A stretch of DNA of 64,000 bases, from NCBI GenBank assembly GCA_963737265.1, contig CAVTRY010000011.1, positions 96,001 through 160,000 of the forward strand. The letters are read 5' to 3'. The notes below the pieces were generated by a model that did no database searches, was not told where the DNA came from, and was given only the letters and a program-made list of their open reading frames with translations. Below are positions 22,308 to 30,757 of the stretch, in pieces. Position numbers and translations under genes: made by a program. Each line of letters opens with the position of its first letter. The first letter of the stretch is position 1. The stretch comes from an uncultured delta proteobacterium (lineage in GTDB: Bacteria; Myxococcota_A; Polyangia; Fen-1088).

Positions 22308-23741
22308 ATGAGCGTTGCCAAGCGAATCGTCATCGAACCCGTGACCCGCGTGGAAGGCCACGGAAAAGTCACCATATTGCTCGACGAGAATCAAAAGGTC
22401 GTGCAGGCCCGCCTGCATGTCGTGGAATTTCGCGGCTTCGAGCGTTTCATCCAGGGGCGTCCCTTCTGGGAAGTTCCGGTGCTGGTACAGCGTCTGTGCG
22501 GTATTTGTCCGGTCAGCCACCATTTGGCCGCCGCCAAGGCCATGGACCGCATCGTGGGCGGCGAGAACCTGACGCCGACGGCGGAGAAAATTCGCCGCCT
22601 CATGCACTACGGGCAAACCTACCAATCGCACGCGCTGCATTTCTTCCATCTGGCTTCGCCCGACCTGCTGTTTGGTTTTGGCTCGGACGTCGCCACCCGC
22701 AATGTTATCGGTGTGGCGGGCAAGCATCCGGAGCTGGCGCTGCAGGCCGTGATGATGCGCAAGTACGGCCAGGAGATCATCAAGGCCACGGCAGGCAAGA
22801 AGATCCACGGCACCGGCGCCATTCCCGGCGGGGTCAACAAGAACCTGTCCATTCCCGAGCGCGACGGGTTCCTCAAGGACGTCGAGCAGCAGCTGGCGTG
22901 GGCGAAGGCGGCGGTCAAGATCGCCAAGGACTACACGGTGCAAAACCTGGCCAGTCTGGCGCCCTTCGGATCCTTTGAATCCAACCATCTGTCGCTGGTG
23001 CGCGCCGACGGTGCGATGGATCTGTACCACGGCAACCTGCGCGCCATCGACGGGCAAGGGAATATCATTTTCGAACAGGTCGACTACCAAAAGTACGTCG
23101 AACTCATCGCGGAAGAAGTCCGCGATTGGTCGTACATGAAATTTCCATTCATTCGATCGGTCGGGCCGGAAAAGGGATGGTACCGGGTGGGACCGCTGGC
23201 ACGACTCAACACCGCCGGTTTCATCGATACGCCGCTGGCCGAGGCGGAACGTAAGGAGTTTCGCGCCGTCACCGCCAACAAGCCGAACAACATCACCATG
23301 GCCTATCACTGGGCGCGCATGGTCGAATTGCTGCACGCGATGGAGAAAATCCAGGCGCTCCTCGATGACAAGGATCTGCAAGGCACGAATCTGGTGGTCA
23401 AGGGCCAGCGGCGCGAGGTCGGCATCGGTCTTATCGAAGCGCCGCGCGGAACCTTGTTCCATCACTACAAGGTGGACAAGAACGACCAGGTCGTGTCAGC
23501 CAATCTTATCGTGTCGACCACTAACAACAATGAGCCCATGAACCGGGCGGTGGCCAAGGTGGCGCAGGACCATTTACAGGGCGTGGAGATCACCGAGGGC
23601 TTGCTCAATCACGTCGAGGTCGCCATTCGCGCCTACGATCCGTGCCTTTCGTGCGCGACGCACGCGCTCGGGCAAATGCCGTTGGAAGTGACCGTGGTCG
23701 ATCTCCAAGGCGAGATCCTTTCGCAGAAGAGCAGGGGATGA
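22308..23741 (+). CDS. hoxH: Group 3d [NiFe]-hydrogenase large subunit HoxH
   Basis: EPVTRVEGHG, L1 QRLCGICPVSH, EAPRGTLFH, L2 YDPCLSCATH followed by a cleavable C-terminal tail. Confidence 0.95.
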   Translation: MSVAKRIVIEPVTRVEGHGKVTILLDENQKVVQARLHVVEFRGFERFIQGRPFWEVPVLVQRLCGICPVSHHLAAAKAMDRIVGGENLTPTAEKIRRLMHYGQTYQSHALHFFHLASPDLLFGFGSDVATRNVIGVAGKHPELALQAVMMRKYGQEIIKATAGKKIHGTGAIPGGVNKNLSIPERDGFLKDVEQQLAWAKAAVKIAKDYTVQNLASLAPFGSFESNHLSLVRADGAMDLYHGNLRAIDGQGNIIFEQVDYQKYVELIAEEVRDWSYMKFPFIRSVGPEKGWYRVGPLARLNTAGFIDTPLAEAERKEFRAVTANKPNNITMAYHWARMVELLHAMEKIQALLDDKDLQGTNLVVKGQRREVGIGLIEAPRGTLFHHYKVDKNDQVVSANLIVSTTNNNEPMNRAVAKVAQDHLQGVEITEGLLNHVEVAIRAYDPCLSCATHALGQMPLEVTVVDLQGEILSQKSRG

Positions 23742-24271
23742 GTCGCGCGACCGACAGGGTGCTGGTTTATGGCTACGGCAATCCTGGCCGCCGTGACGAC
23801 GGCCTCGGACCAGCGTTCGCGTCCGCGGTGGAAGCCCTCGATTTGCCCGGGGTCGCGGTGGACGCCAACTATCAGCTCACTGTGGAGGACGCGGCTGACC
23901 TCGGTGGCTGTGCAGCGGTGGTGTTTGTCGACGCGGCCAAGCAAGGGCCAGAGCCATTCTGGTTTTCAGGTGTCGTCGATTCGGCCGTGACGAGCATCGG
24001 CTGGACCAGCCACAGCGTCACGGCGACCCAGGTCGTGGCGTTGGCGCGCGAGCTGTTTGCCAGCAAGGCCGCTGCCTATACGCTTGGCATCCGCGGATAT
24101 GAATTTGCCGATCTTGGCGAAGGGCTGTCGGCGCGAGCAAAAGACAACTTGGACAAGGCCGTGGAATTCGCCAAGACGGCGCTCGTCGATCGTCACTTCG
24201 ACCATTATGTGCGAGAATTTGCGTACCCGGCCGCGGGTTTCGTCGCCGGCGGCTCAACCTGGAAGGCGTAA
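23738..24271 (+). CDS. hoxW: Hydrogenase maturation endopeptidase (HoxW-like)
   Basis: GYGNPGRRDDGLG, VFVDA, TSH; ATGA overlap with hoxH. Confidence 0.88.
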   Translation: MSRATDRVLVYGYGNPGRRDDGLGPAFASAVEALDLPGVAVDANYQLTVEDAADLGGCAAVVFVDAAKQGPEPFWFSGVVDSAVTSIGWTSHSVTATQVVALARELFASKAAAYTLGIRGYEFADLGEGLSARAKDNLDKAVEFAKTALVDRHFDHYVREFAYPAAGFVAGGSTWKA

Positions 24272-24273
24272 CC

Positions 24274-24651
24274 ATGAGCGATGGAAAACACCTCATCCTT
24301 TGCGTCGATGACGACGCCGACCTTCTCGACCTTCTGCGCATGCAGCTTGAAAAGGGCGGCTATCGCGTGGAGTCGGCATTCTCGGCCGAAGAGGGCTTGG
24401 TCAAGTTCAAACAACTCCAGCCCGATCTCGTCATCCTCGATTTGATGATGGAAGAGATCGACGCCGGAACCAACCTGGTCAAGGAGCTCAAGCTGGCTGG
24501 CAATCGCGCGCCTGTGCTGCTGCTCAGCTCCATGGGCGATCAACTGAGCTTATCGACCGGCTATCGCGAGCTGGGTTTGGATGCCGTGTTTCAGAAGCCG
24601 GTGAACGCCGAGGCGCTGTTGCGTACGATCAAAGCCAAGCTCGCGCCTTAG
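24274..24651 (+). CDS. Single-domain response regulator (REC only)
   Basis: CVDDD, phosphoacceptor in ILDLMME, LLSS, QKPV; no output domain. Confidence 0.92.
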   Translation: MSDGKHLILCVDDDADLLDLLRMQLEKGGYRVESAFSAEEGLVKFKQLQPDLVILDLMMEEIDAGTNLVKELKLAGNRAPVLLLSSMGDQLSLSTGYRELGLDAVFQKPVNAEALLRTIKAKLAP

Positions 24652-24679
24652 CGGACTGGGGTTCCACCTGCCAACCACG

Positions 24680-26062
24680 ATGGAAGCAGTGGAAGGCCAT
24701 CCGTTGATTCTTTCGCACAGTCTGCTGCTGGGCGAGCGTCTGTACTTTTTCACGCGCCTGCGCTTTCTGGCCGCGCTCGGCATTCTGGTGGGAGCACCGT
24801 TTGCTACCTTCGTCGTCGGCATTCGGGGACTTGACCTCGCGGCGTTGACGGCTGCAGCGATTTTCCTGGCAACGTACAACGTCGCTATTTTCTTCGCTGT
24901 CCGACCTTTCCGCCGCCCCCAGGACGAGCCACGGATTTACCGCCGCTTGGTTGGAATTGCTCACCTCTCGATTCTCTTCGACTATTGGGTCCTGACGTAC
25001 GCCACCTGGTTGGTGGGCGGCTCGCAGTCGCCTTTCCTGGCCTTCTACCTTCTGCACGCAATTCTCGCCTGCGTGCTGCTATCGCGCCAAGCGGCCTATG
25101 TCCACGCGACCCTCGGGTACCTCCTGCTCGCCGGCCTGGTGCTTGGGGAATGGTTCGGCGTCCTCGCCAAGCACCGTCCCATCGGGGCGGTGCCCGGTGG
25201 CCCCGGGGCTGAGGTGCGCGTGGTCATGACCGTACTCTTTGTCTACGGTTTGTTGATGGCGGTAACCACCGTCCTGACGAGCGGAATCGTCCGTCTGCTG
25301 CGCGAAAGCGATCGCCGGCTGCGCGAGGCCGGCGATCGATTGGAACGCCTGGCGGACATGCGCCGCTCGTTTCTTCACGTCGTCTTGCACGATTTACGCA
25401 GCCCTGTCGGAACCGTGGTTGCCATGCTCGAAGGTTTGCACAGCGGCATCGATGGCCCTCTTGGCGAAGCACAGAAACATCGCGTGGGCAGGGCCGGCGA
25501 GCGATTGCGAGGCGTTCTTGATCTTCTGCGCGGGCTGCGCATTCTGGCCGATTTGGAGACGGAACGTCTGGACAGCATGATGGCTCCGGTGGATATGCTG
25601 GATCTGATTCGGGCCTTGGTGGAAGACCACCTTGATGCGGCCGAGCAGCGCGGGCACAGCTTGCGAACGGTTTTGCCGGCATCGCTGCCTCAGGTCCGCG
25701 GCGTCGATCGATTGATTCGCGAAGCCCTGGCCAACTACGTGTCCAACGCCATCAAATACACCGATCGGGGCGGTGCCATCACCGTTCGCGCGGAACAGGC
25801 AGGGCAGGGTGTGCGGGTTGAGGTAGCCGATAACGGGCCTGGTATCGCCGGCGAAGCGCAGAATCGCCTGTTCCAGGAATTCAATAAGGTGGGCAAGCCC
25901 GGATCGAGTTCCGGCGAAGCCGCTGGGATCGGGTTGGGTCTGTCCATCGTCCGACGCATCGCCGAGGCGCACGGCGGCAGCTTCGGCGTGGTCAGCCAGG
26001 CCGGCGAGGGCAGCATCTTCTTCTTCGAGCTGCCCGCCGTTGCCCCCGTGACGACCCGGTAG
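24680..26062 (+). CDS. Membrane-bound sensor histidine kinase
   Basis: About 5-6 TM helices, H-box VLHDLRSP, N-box NYVSNAIKY, DNGPGI, GIGLGL. Confidence 0.92.
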   Translation: MEAVEGHPLILSHSLLLGERLYFFTRLRFLAALGILVGAPFATFVVGIRGLDLAALTAAAIFLATYNVAIFFAVRPFRRPQDEPRIYRRLVGIAHLSILFDYWVLTYATWLVGGSQSPFLAFYLLHAILACVLLSRQAAYVHATLGYLLLAGLVLGEWFGVLAKHRPIGAVPGGPGAEVRVVMTVLFVYGLLMAVTTVLTSGIVRLLRESDRRLREAGDRLERLADMRRSFLHVVLHDLRSPVGTVVAMLEGLHSGIDGPLGEAQKHRVGRAGERLRGVLDLLRGLRILADLETERLDSMMAPVDMLDLIRALVEDHLDAAEQRGHSLRTVLPASLPQVRGVDRLIREALANYVSNAIKYTDRGGAITVRAEQAGQGVRVEVADNGPGIAGEAQNRLFQEFNKVGKPGSSSGEAAGIGLGLSIVRRIAEAHGGSFGVVSQAGEGSIFFFELPAVAPVTTR

Positions 26063-26263
26063 CGCTGCGGTCTGCCCATTTTTTGTTGTGACAAAAAAGA
26101 CGATGAAGTTTGCGTCGGCGAGATTCCGAGTTTCGAAGAAAGTACAAGAATGCCGTCCACGCGCAGCGGTATTGCTTGATATCTCCGCATAAGCACGGCG
26201 GTTTGTCCTGGCTAGCAGGTATTCCGACCGCCAAATGATTGATTAACCCGGCATGTTCGGTGC

Positions 26264-26329
26264 TTGACTTGCCTTCGATGCACCGGTAAATAGATCGTTA
26301 CAGAATTCACAGCGTGACTTCATGCACGG
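26264..26329 (+). promoter_or_regulatory. Putative sigma70 promoter followed by two tandem Rex-like operators
   Basis: TTGACT-N17-TAAATA (26264-26292); TCGTTACAGAATTCACAG (26295-26312, 10 of 14 consensus positions of TTGTGAAnnnnTTCACAA) and GCGTGACTTCATGCACGG (26312-26329, 8 of 14) directly upstream of rex. Confidence 0.5.
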
Positions 26330-26347
26330 TGGTACCGGGGTAGGCCC

Positions 26348-27037
26348 ATGAACAAGCAAAAAATCCCAAGCCGATGTGTAGAGCGCCTCAGTATCTACAG
26401 GCGTGCCTTGCTTCAGGATCGCTGTGCTTCTGGCCCAAGCATTTTTTCGCACCAGCTGGCGTTTGCCTGCCGGCTGACTGCGGCCCAGGTGCGGCGAGAC
26501 TTGATGCTTATCGGGTACAGCGGGAGTCCGACCACCGGTTACGAGGTCAAGCGCCTGCTTTCGTCCATCGGCACCTTGATCGATCCGCCCGAGATACGCG
26601 AGGTGGCCATTGTTGGCATGGGACACCTCGGGCGCGCCATCGCGGCCTACTTGGCCAATCGTCTGCCGAAGATTCGCCTTGCCGCGGGCTTCGATGTCAA
26701 CCCAGACAAGATCGGCGCCACGTTCAGTGGCGTGCGCTGCCATTCGGTTCAGAAACTGGCCGAGGTAGTGGCCGAAAGGAAGATCGGCCTCGGTATCCTG
26801 ACCGTACCCGCCGAGCACGCGCAGGCCGCGGCCGAGCAGTTGGTCCACGCTGGCGTCACCGGCATTCTCAACTTCGCCCCGGTGTGCCTGCACATTCCAA
26901 GTCGCGTCTCCGTCGAGAGCATCGACATGACGGTGGCTTTGGAAAAGGTGGCCTTTTTCGCCTGCGGCAGTTCTAGAAGAAAAGGAACAATCGATGACCA
27001 CAGCAGCACGAGCAACATCGACCAAACCGCTCCTTAA
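26348..27037 (+). CDS. rex: Redox-sensing transcriptional repressor Rex
   Basis: IPSRCVERLSIYRRAL, AAQVRRDL, GYEV, VGMGHLGRA, AGFDVNPDKIG, GILNFAP. Confidence 0.93.
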   Translation: MNKQKIPSRCVERLSIYRRALLQDRCASGPSIFSHQLAFACRLTAAQVRRDLMLIGYSGSPTTGYEVKRLLSSIGTLIDPPEIREVAIVGMGHLGRAIAAYLANRLPKIRLAAGFDVNPDKIGATFSGVRCHSVQKLAEVVAERKIGLGILTVPAEHAQAAAEQLVHAGVTGILNFAPVCLHIPSRVSVESIDMTVALEKVAFFACGSSRRKGTIDDHSSTSNIDQTAP

Positions 27038-27488
27038 GGAGTTTGGCGAGGCCAAGCGAGACAGTCTGATCCCGATCCTTCAGAAAGCCCAAGAGGTTCA
27101 TGGCTACCTATCGGAAGAGGCCATCGCCGAGATAGGGCGCCACCTCAAGCTTCCCGCGAGCAAGGTCTACGGCGTCGCGACCTTCTACAATCAGTTTCGC
27201 TTCACGCCCAAGGGCAAGTACCACATCATGTTGTGCCGCGGGACCGCCTGCCACGTGAAGGGCTCGCTCAAGCTGCTCGACGCGGTCACGCGTACGCTGA
27301 AATTGCAAGCCGGCCAGACCACCCGCGACGGGCTGTTCAGCCTGGAGGTCGTGGCGTGCATGGGTGCCTGCGGTTTGGCGCCGGCCATGAGCATCAACGG
27401 CGAGATGCACGCCAAGGTCACCCCCAAGAAGGTCGCTAAGCTTCTCGAAGAGTGCCGCGCCAAGGAGCAGGTCCATGCCCACGCCTGA
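26994..27488 (+). CDS. hydC: [FeFe]-hydrogenase [2Fe-2S] subunit (HydC/NuoE-like)
   Basis: LIPILQKAQEVHGYL, VATFYNQF, CRGTAC, ACMGACGLAP. Confidence 0.9.
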   Translation: MTTAARATSTKPLLKEFGEAKRDSLIPILQKAQEVHGYLSEEAIAEIGRHLKLPASKVYGVATFYNQFRFTPKGKYHIMLCRGTACHVKGSLKLLDAVTRTLKLQAGQTTRDGLFSLEVVACMGACGLAPAMSINGEMHAKVTPKKVAKLLEECRAKEQVHAHA

Positions 27489-30400
27489 GACATCTACCAA
27501 GACAACCTGTTGGACCGCGCCCTCGCAGCCAACCGCCGAGCTTTTGGCTAAGTTGCCGGTCGGTCCGCTTTCCGCGAACGCCGGCCCCAATATCGGCGAG
27601 CGCATCACCCTGCTTCGTCGCGACGAGGTGCGCAAGCCGACCATTTTGATTGGCACGGGCACCTGCGGTCTCGGCGCTGGCGCGGCCAAGACCATGGAAG
27701 CGGCGAAAGCCTACGTCGCCAAACGCATGATCGATGCGGAGGTCGTCGAGGTTGGCTGCCTCGGCATGTGCTCGGAAGAACCTATGCTCGATGTGCAGCT
27801 GCCGGGCAAGGCGCGCATCAGCTTCTGCCGAGTTACCGCCGACAAAGTTGGCGGGGTGCTCGACGCCGCCTTGGCTGGCAAGTTGCCCCAAGACGGAGTG
27901 CTCGGCCAATTCCGCGGCGCTGCCGGCGAGCCCTGGGCCAAGGTGCCCTTCCTCGACCAACACCCATTTTTCGCCCCGCAGCTGCGCTGGGTGCTTGCCA
28001 ACTCGGGCATCATCGATCCCGGCAGCATCGACGAATACATCGCGCGCGGCGGCTACAGCTCGCTGGAAAATACCCTGCGCACGAAAAAGCCCGACGAGGT
28101 TTGCGACATCGTGGCCAAGGGCGGCCTGCGCGGCCGTGGCGGCGGCGGGTTCCCCACCGGGATGAAGTGGAAGTTCGCGCGCGAGGCTCCCGGCGACCAC
28201 AAATACCTCATTTGCAACGCGGACGAGGGCGATCCCGGAGCCTTCATGGATCGCGCGGTGGCGGAAAGTGATCCCTATCGTTTGCTCGAAGGCATGGTGA
28301 TCGCGGCCTATGCCATCGGCGCCAGCAAGGCGTACATCTACATTCGCGCCGAGTACCCGCTCGCCATCGAGCGTCTGCGCGTGGCCATTCCCAAGGCCAC
28401 GGAATACGGACTACTCGGCAAGAACATCCTGGGCAGCGGTTTCGACTTGGAAATCGTGCTCAAACTTGGCGCCGGTGCCTTCGTGTGCGGTGAAGAAACC
28501 GCGCTTATGCAAAGCATCGAGGGCAAGCGCGGAATGCCACGGCCGCGACCGCCTTTCCCGGCCGTCAAGGGCCTGTTCGGCATGCCTACGGTCATCAACA
28601 ACGTCGAGACGCTGGCCTGCGTGTCCACGCTGATGGAGATGGGCGGCGATGCATTCGCCGCGGTTGGCACAGCTAAGAGCAAGGGCACCAAGGTGTTCGC
28701 GCTTTCGGGCATGGTCAGCCGCACCGGCCTCGTCGAAGTGCCCATGGGCACCACCATCCGCAAGATCGTGTTCGACGTAGGCGGTGGCAATCCCTCGGGC
28801 AAGAAATGCAAGGCGGTTCAGATCGGCGGTCCATCGGGCGGCTGCATCCCTGAACCGAAGATGGACATCATCGTCGACTACGATGCCATCAAGGAACTGG
28901 GCGCCATCATGGGCTCGGGCGGCTTGGTCGTGCTCGACGAAACCACCTGCATGGTCGACTTGGCCAAGTTCTTCATGGAGTTCATCCAGAACGAGAGCTG
29001 CGGCAAGTGCATCCCGTGCCGCGAAGGCACCAAGCGCATGCTGGAGATCTTGCAAGCCATCACCCGGCCGCGCCGGCGTGAAAACGGCAACGATGCTCTG
29101 CTGCGTTTTCAGGGCGTCATGCAGCTCAAGCAACTGGCCGAAACCATCCGCATCAGCTCGCTGTGTGGCCTCGGCCAGACCGCGCCCAATCCGGTGCTCA
29201 GCACCATGCGCTGGTTCCGCGACGAGTACGAAGCGCACATCTTCGATCGCGCTTGTCCGGCGGGCACCTGCAAGGATCTCGTCGGGGCGCCTTGTCAGAC
29301 TGGCTGTCCGGTGGGCACCGAAGTGTGGCGCTACGTCGCGCACCTTGGACGCGGCGAAACCGAGCTGGCCTATCAAGCCATCCGCGAGGCCAACCCGTTT
29401 CCGTCGGTATGCGCCCGCGTGTGCAGCCATCCCTGCGAGGATGTCTGCCGCTGCGGCGCCACGGGCGGCGAACCCATCGCGGTGCGCGCGCTCAAGCGCT
29501 ACGTGGTGGATCACGTCGATCCGTCCGCGTACCGGGTGACTCTCAAGGGCGCCACCCCCAAGTCGAAGAAGGTGGCGGTCATTGGCGCCGGACCCTCGGG
29601 CCTTACGGCGGCACACTACCTGTCGCTCAAGGGACACAAGGTCACGGTGTTCGAGAAGGAGAACGAGCCGGGCGGCATGCTTTTCAACGGCATTCCGGCC
29701 TATCGGCTGCCGCGCGACGTGGTTCGCAAGGAGATCGCGTCGCTGCTCAACGACAACATCGAGCTCAAGTGCAATATCGCCTTGGGCAAGGACGTCACGG
29801 TCGACGGTCTCTTGGCGAGCGGGTTCGACGCGGTCTACGTCTCGATCGGCGCGTACAAGAGTCAGCGTCTCGGCATCGACGGCGAGCATGTGGCCGGCGT
29901 GATTCCTGGCATGGCCTTCCTCAAGGCCAACAACTTGCGCGGCGAAACCTTGGCGCAAGGCAAGGTGGGCATCATTGGCGGTGGTAACACCGCCATGGAT
30001 GCCGCCCGCGTGGCGCTGCGCCAACCCGGGGTCGACAAGGTCACCATCCTCTACCGGCGGACGCGCGACGAAATGCCCGCCTTCGAGGAGGAGGTCCACG
30101 CCGCCCTCGAGGAGGGCATCGAGATCAAGGAGTTGGCAACTCCTGTCGCGGTGCTGTCGGAGAATGGCAAGCTCACCGGCGTGCGCCTGCTCCGCAACGA
30201 GCTCGGCGACCAGGATTCGAGCGGCCGGCGCAAACCGGTGCCGGTCAAGGGCAGCGAATTCGACGTCGCGCTCGATACGTTGATCGTGGCCATCAGCGAA
30301 CAGCCAGAGGCCGAGTCCTTCCAAGGTCTGCGCACCACCAAGTGGGGCACCATCGAGACCAACTCCGAGTCGACCGCGGCCGGCCGGCCCGGTGTATTCA

Positions 30401-30729
30401 GTGGCGGCGATGTGGCACGCGGCCCGTCGGGAGTCATCGAGGCTATCGCCGACGGCAAACGGGCCGCGCTGATGGTGGATCGCTATCTCACCGGGCGGCA
30501 GATGAAGATGATCAAGAAGGTGAAGCTACCTTCGATCTACATCGAGCCTGTGGAGGTTGACGACGACGAGGGCGAGACCATCGTGGAACGGGCCGTCGAG
30601 GACAAGGTATCGCCAGCGAAGCGGCGCAAGAGCTTCGTCGAGGTGGAAACGGGTCTGTCGCTGCAGGCGGCGACGGATGAAGCAAAAAGGTGCCTGCGCT
30701 GTGACCTGGATTTTACCCGACCCCTTTGA
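27475..30729 (+). CDS. hydB: HydB/NuoF-like FMN/NADH subunit fused to a GltD/NfnB-like FAD/NADPH domain (1084 aa)
   Basis: Trx-like domain (TCGLGAG, GCLGMCSEEP); NuoF motifs GRGGGGFPTG, ADEGDPGAFMD, GGPSGG, ESCGKCIPC; then PCQTGCP, VCARVCSHPCEDVC, GAGPSG, GIPAYRLP, GGGNTAMDAAR, YRRT, GGDVARG, EAKRCLRC. Confidence 0.9.
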   Translation: MPTPETSTKTTCWTAPSQPTAELLAKLPVGPLSANAGPNIGERITLLRRDEVRKPTILIGTGTCGLGAGAAKTMEAAKAYVAKRMIDAEVVEVGCLGMCSEEPMLDVQLPGKARISFCRVTADKVGGVLDAALAGKLPQDGVLGQFRGAAGEPWAKVPFLDQHPFFAPQLRWVLANSGIIDPGSIDEYIARGGYSSLENTLRTKKPDEVCDIVAKGGLRGRGGGGFPTGMKWKFAREAPGDHKYLICNADEGDPGAFMDRAVAESDPYRLLEGMVIAAYAIGASKAYIYIRAEYPLAIERLRVAIPKATEYGLLGKNILGSGFDLEIVLKLGAGAFVCGEETALMQSIEGKRGMPRPRPPFPAVKGLFGMPTVINNVETLACVSTLMEMGGDAFAAVGTAKSKGTKVFALSGMVSRTGLVEVPMGTTIRKIVFDVGGGNPSGKKCKAVQIGGPSGGCIPEPKMDIIVDYDAIKELGAIMGSGGLVVLDETTCMVDLAKFFMEFIQNESCGKCIPCREGTKRMLEILQAITRPRRRENGNDALLRFQGVMQLKQLAETIRISSLCGLGQTAPNPVLSTMRWFRDEYEAHIFDRACPAGTCKDLVGAPCQTGCPVGTEVWRYVAHLGRGETELAYQAIREANPFPSVCARVCSHPCEDVCRCGATGGEPIAVRALKRYVVDHVDPSAYRVTLKGATPKSKKVAVIGAGPSGLTAAHYLSLKGHKVTVFEKENEPGGMLFNGIPAYRLPRDVVRKEIASLLNDNIELKCNIALGKDVTVDGLLASGFDAVYVSIGAYKSQRLGIDGEHVAGVIPGMAFLKANNLRGETLAQGKVGIIGGGNTAMDAARVALRQPGVDKVTILYRRTRDEMPAFEEEVHAALEEGIEIKELATPVAVLSENGKLTGVRLLRNELGDQDSSGRRKPVPVKGSEFDVALDTLIVAISEQPEAESFQGLRTTKWGTIETNSESTAAGRPGVFSGGDVARGPSGVIEAIADGKRAALMVDRYLTGRQMKMIKKVKLPSIYIEPVEVDDDEGETIVERAVEDKVSPAKRRKSFVEVETGLSLQAATDEAKRCLRCDLDFTRPL

Positions 30730-30757
30730 TGGCGGCGGCAAGCAGGAAGAAAACAAC

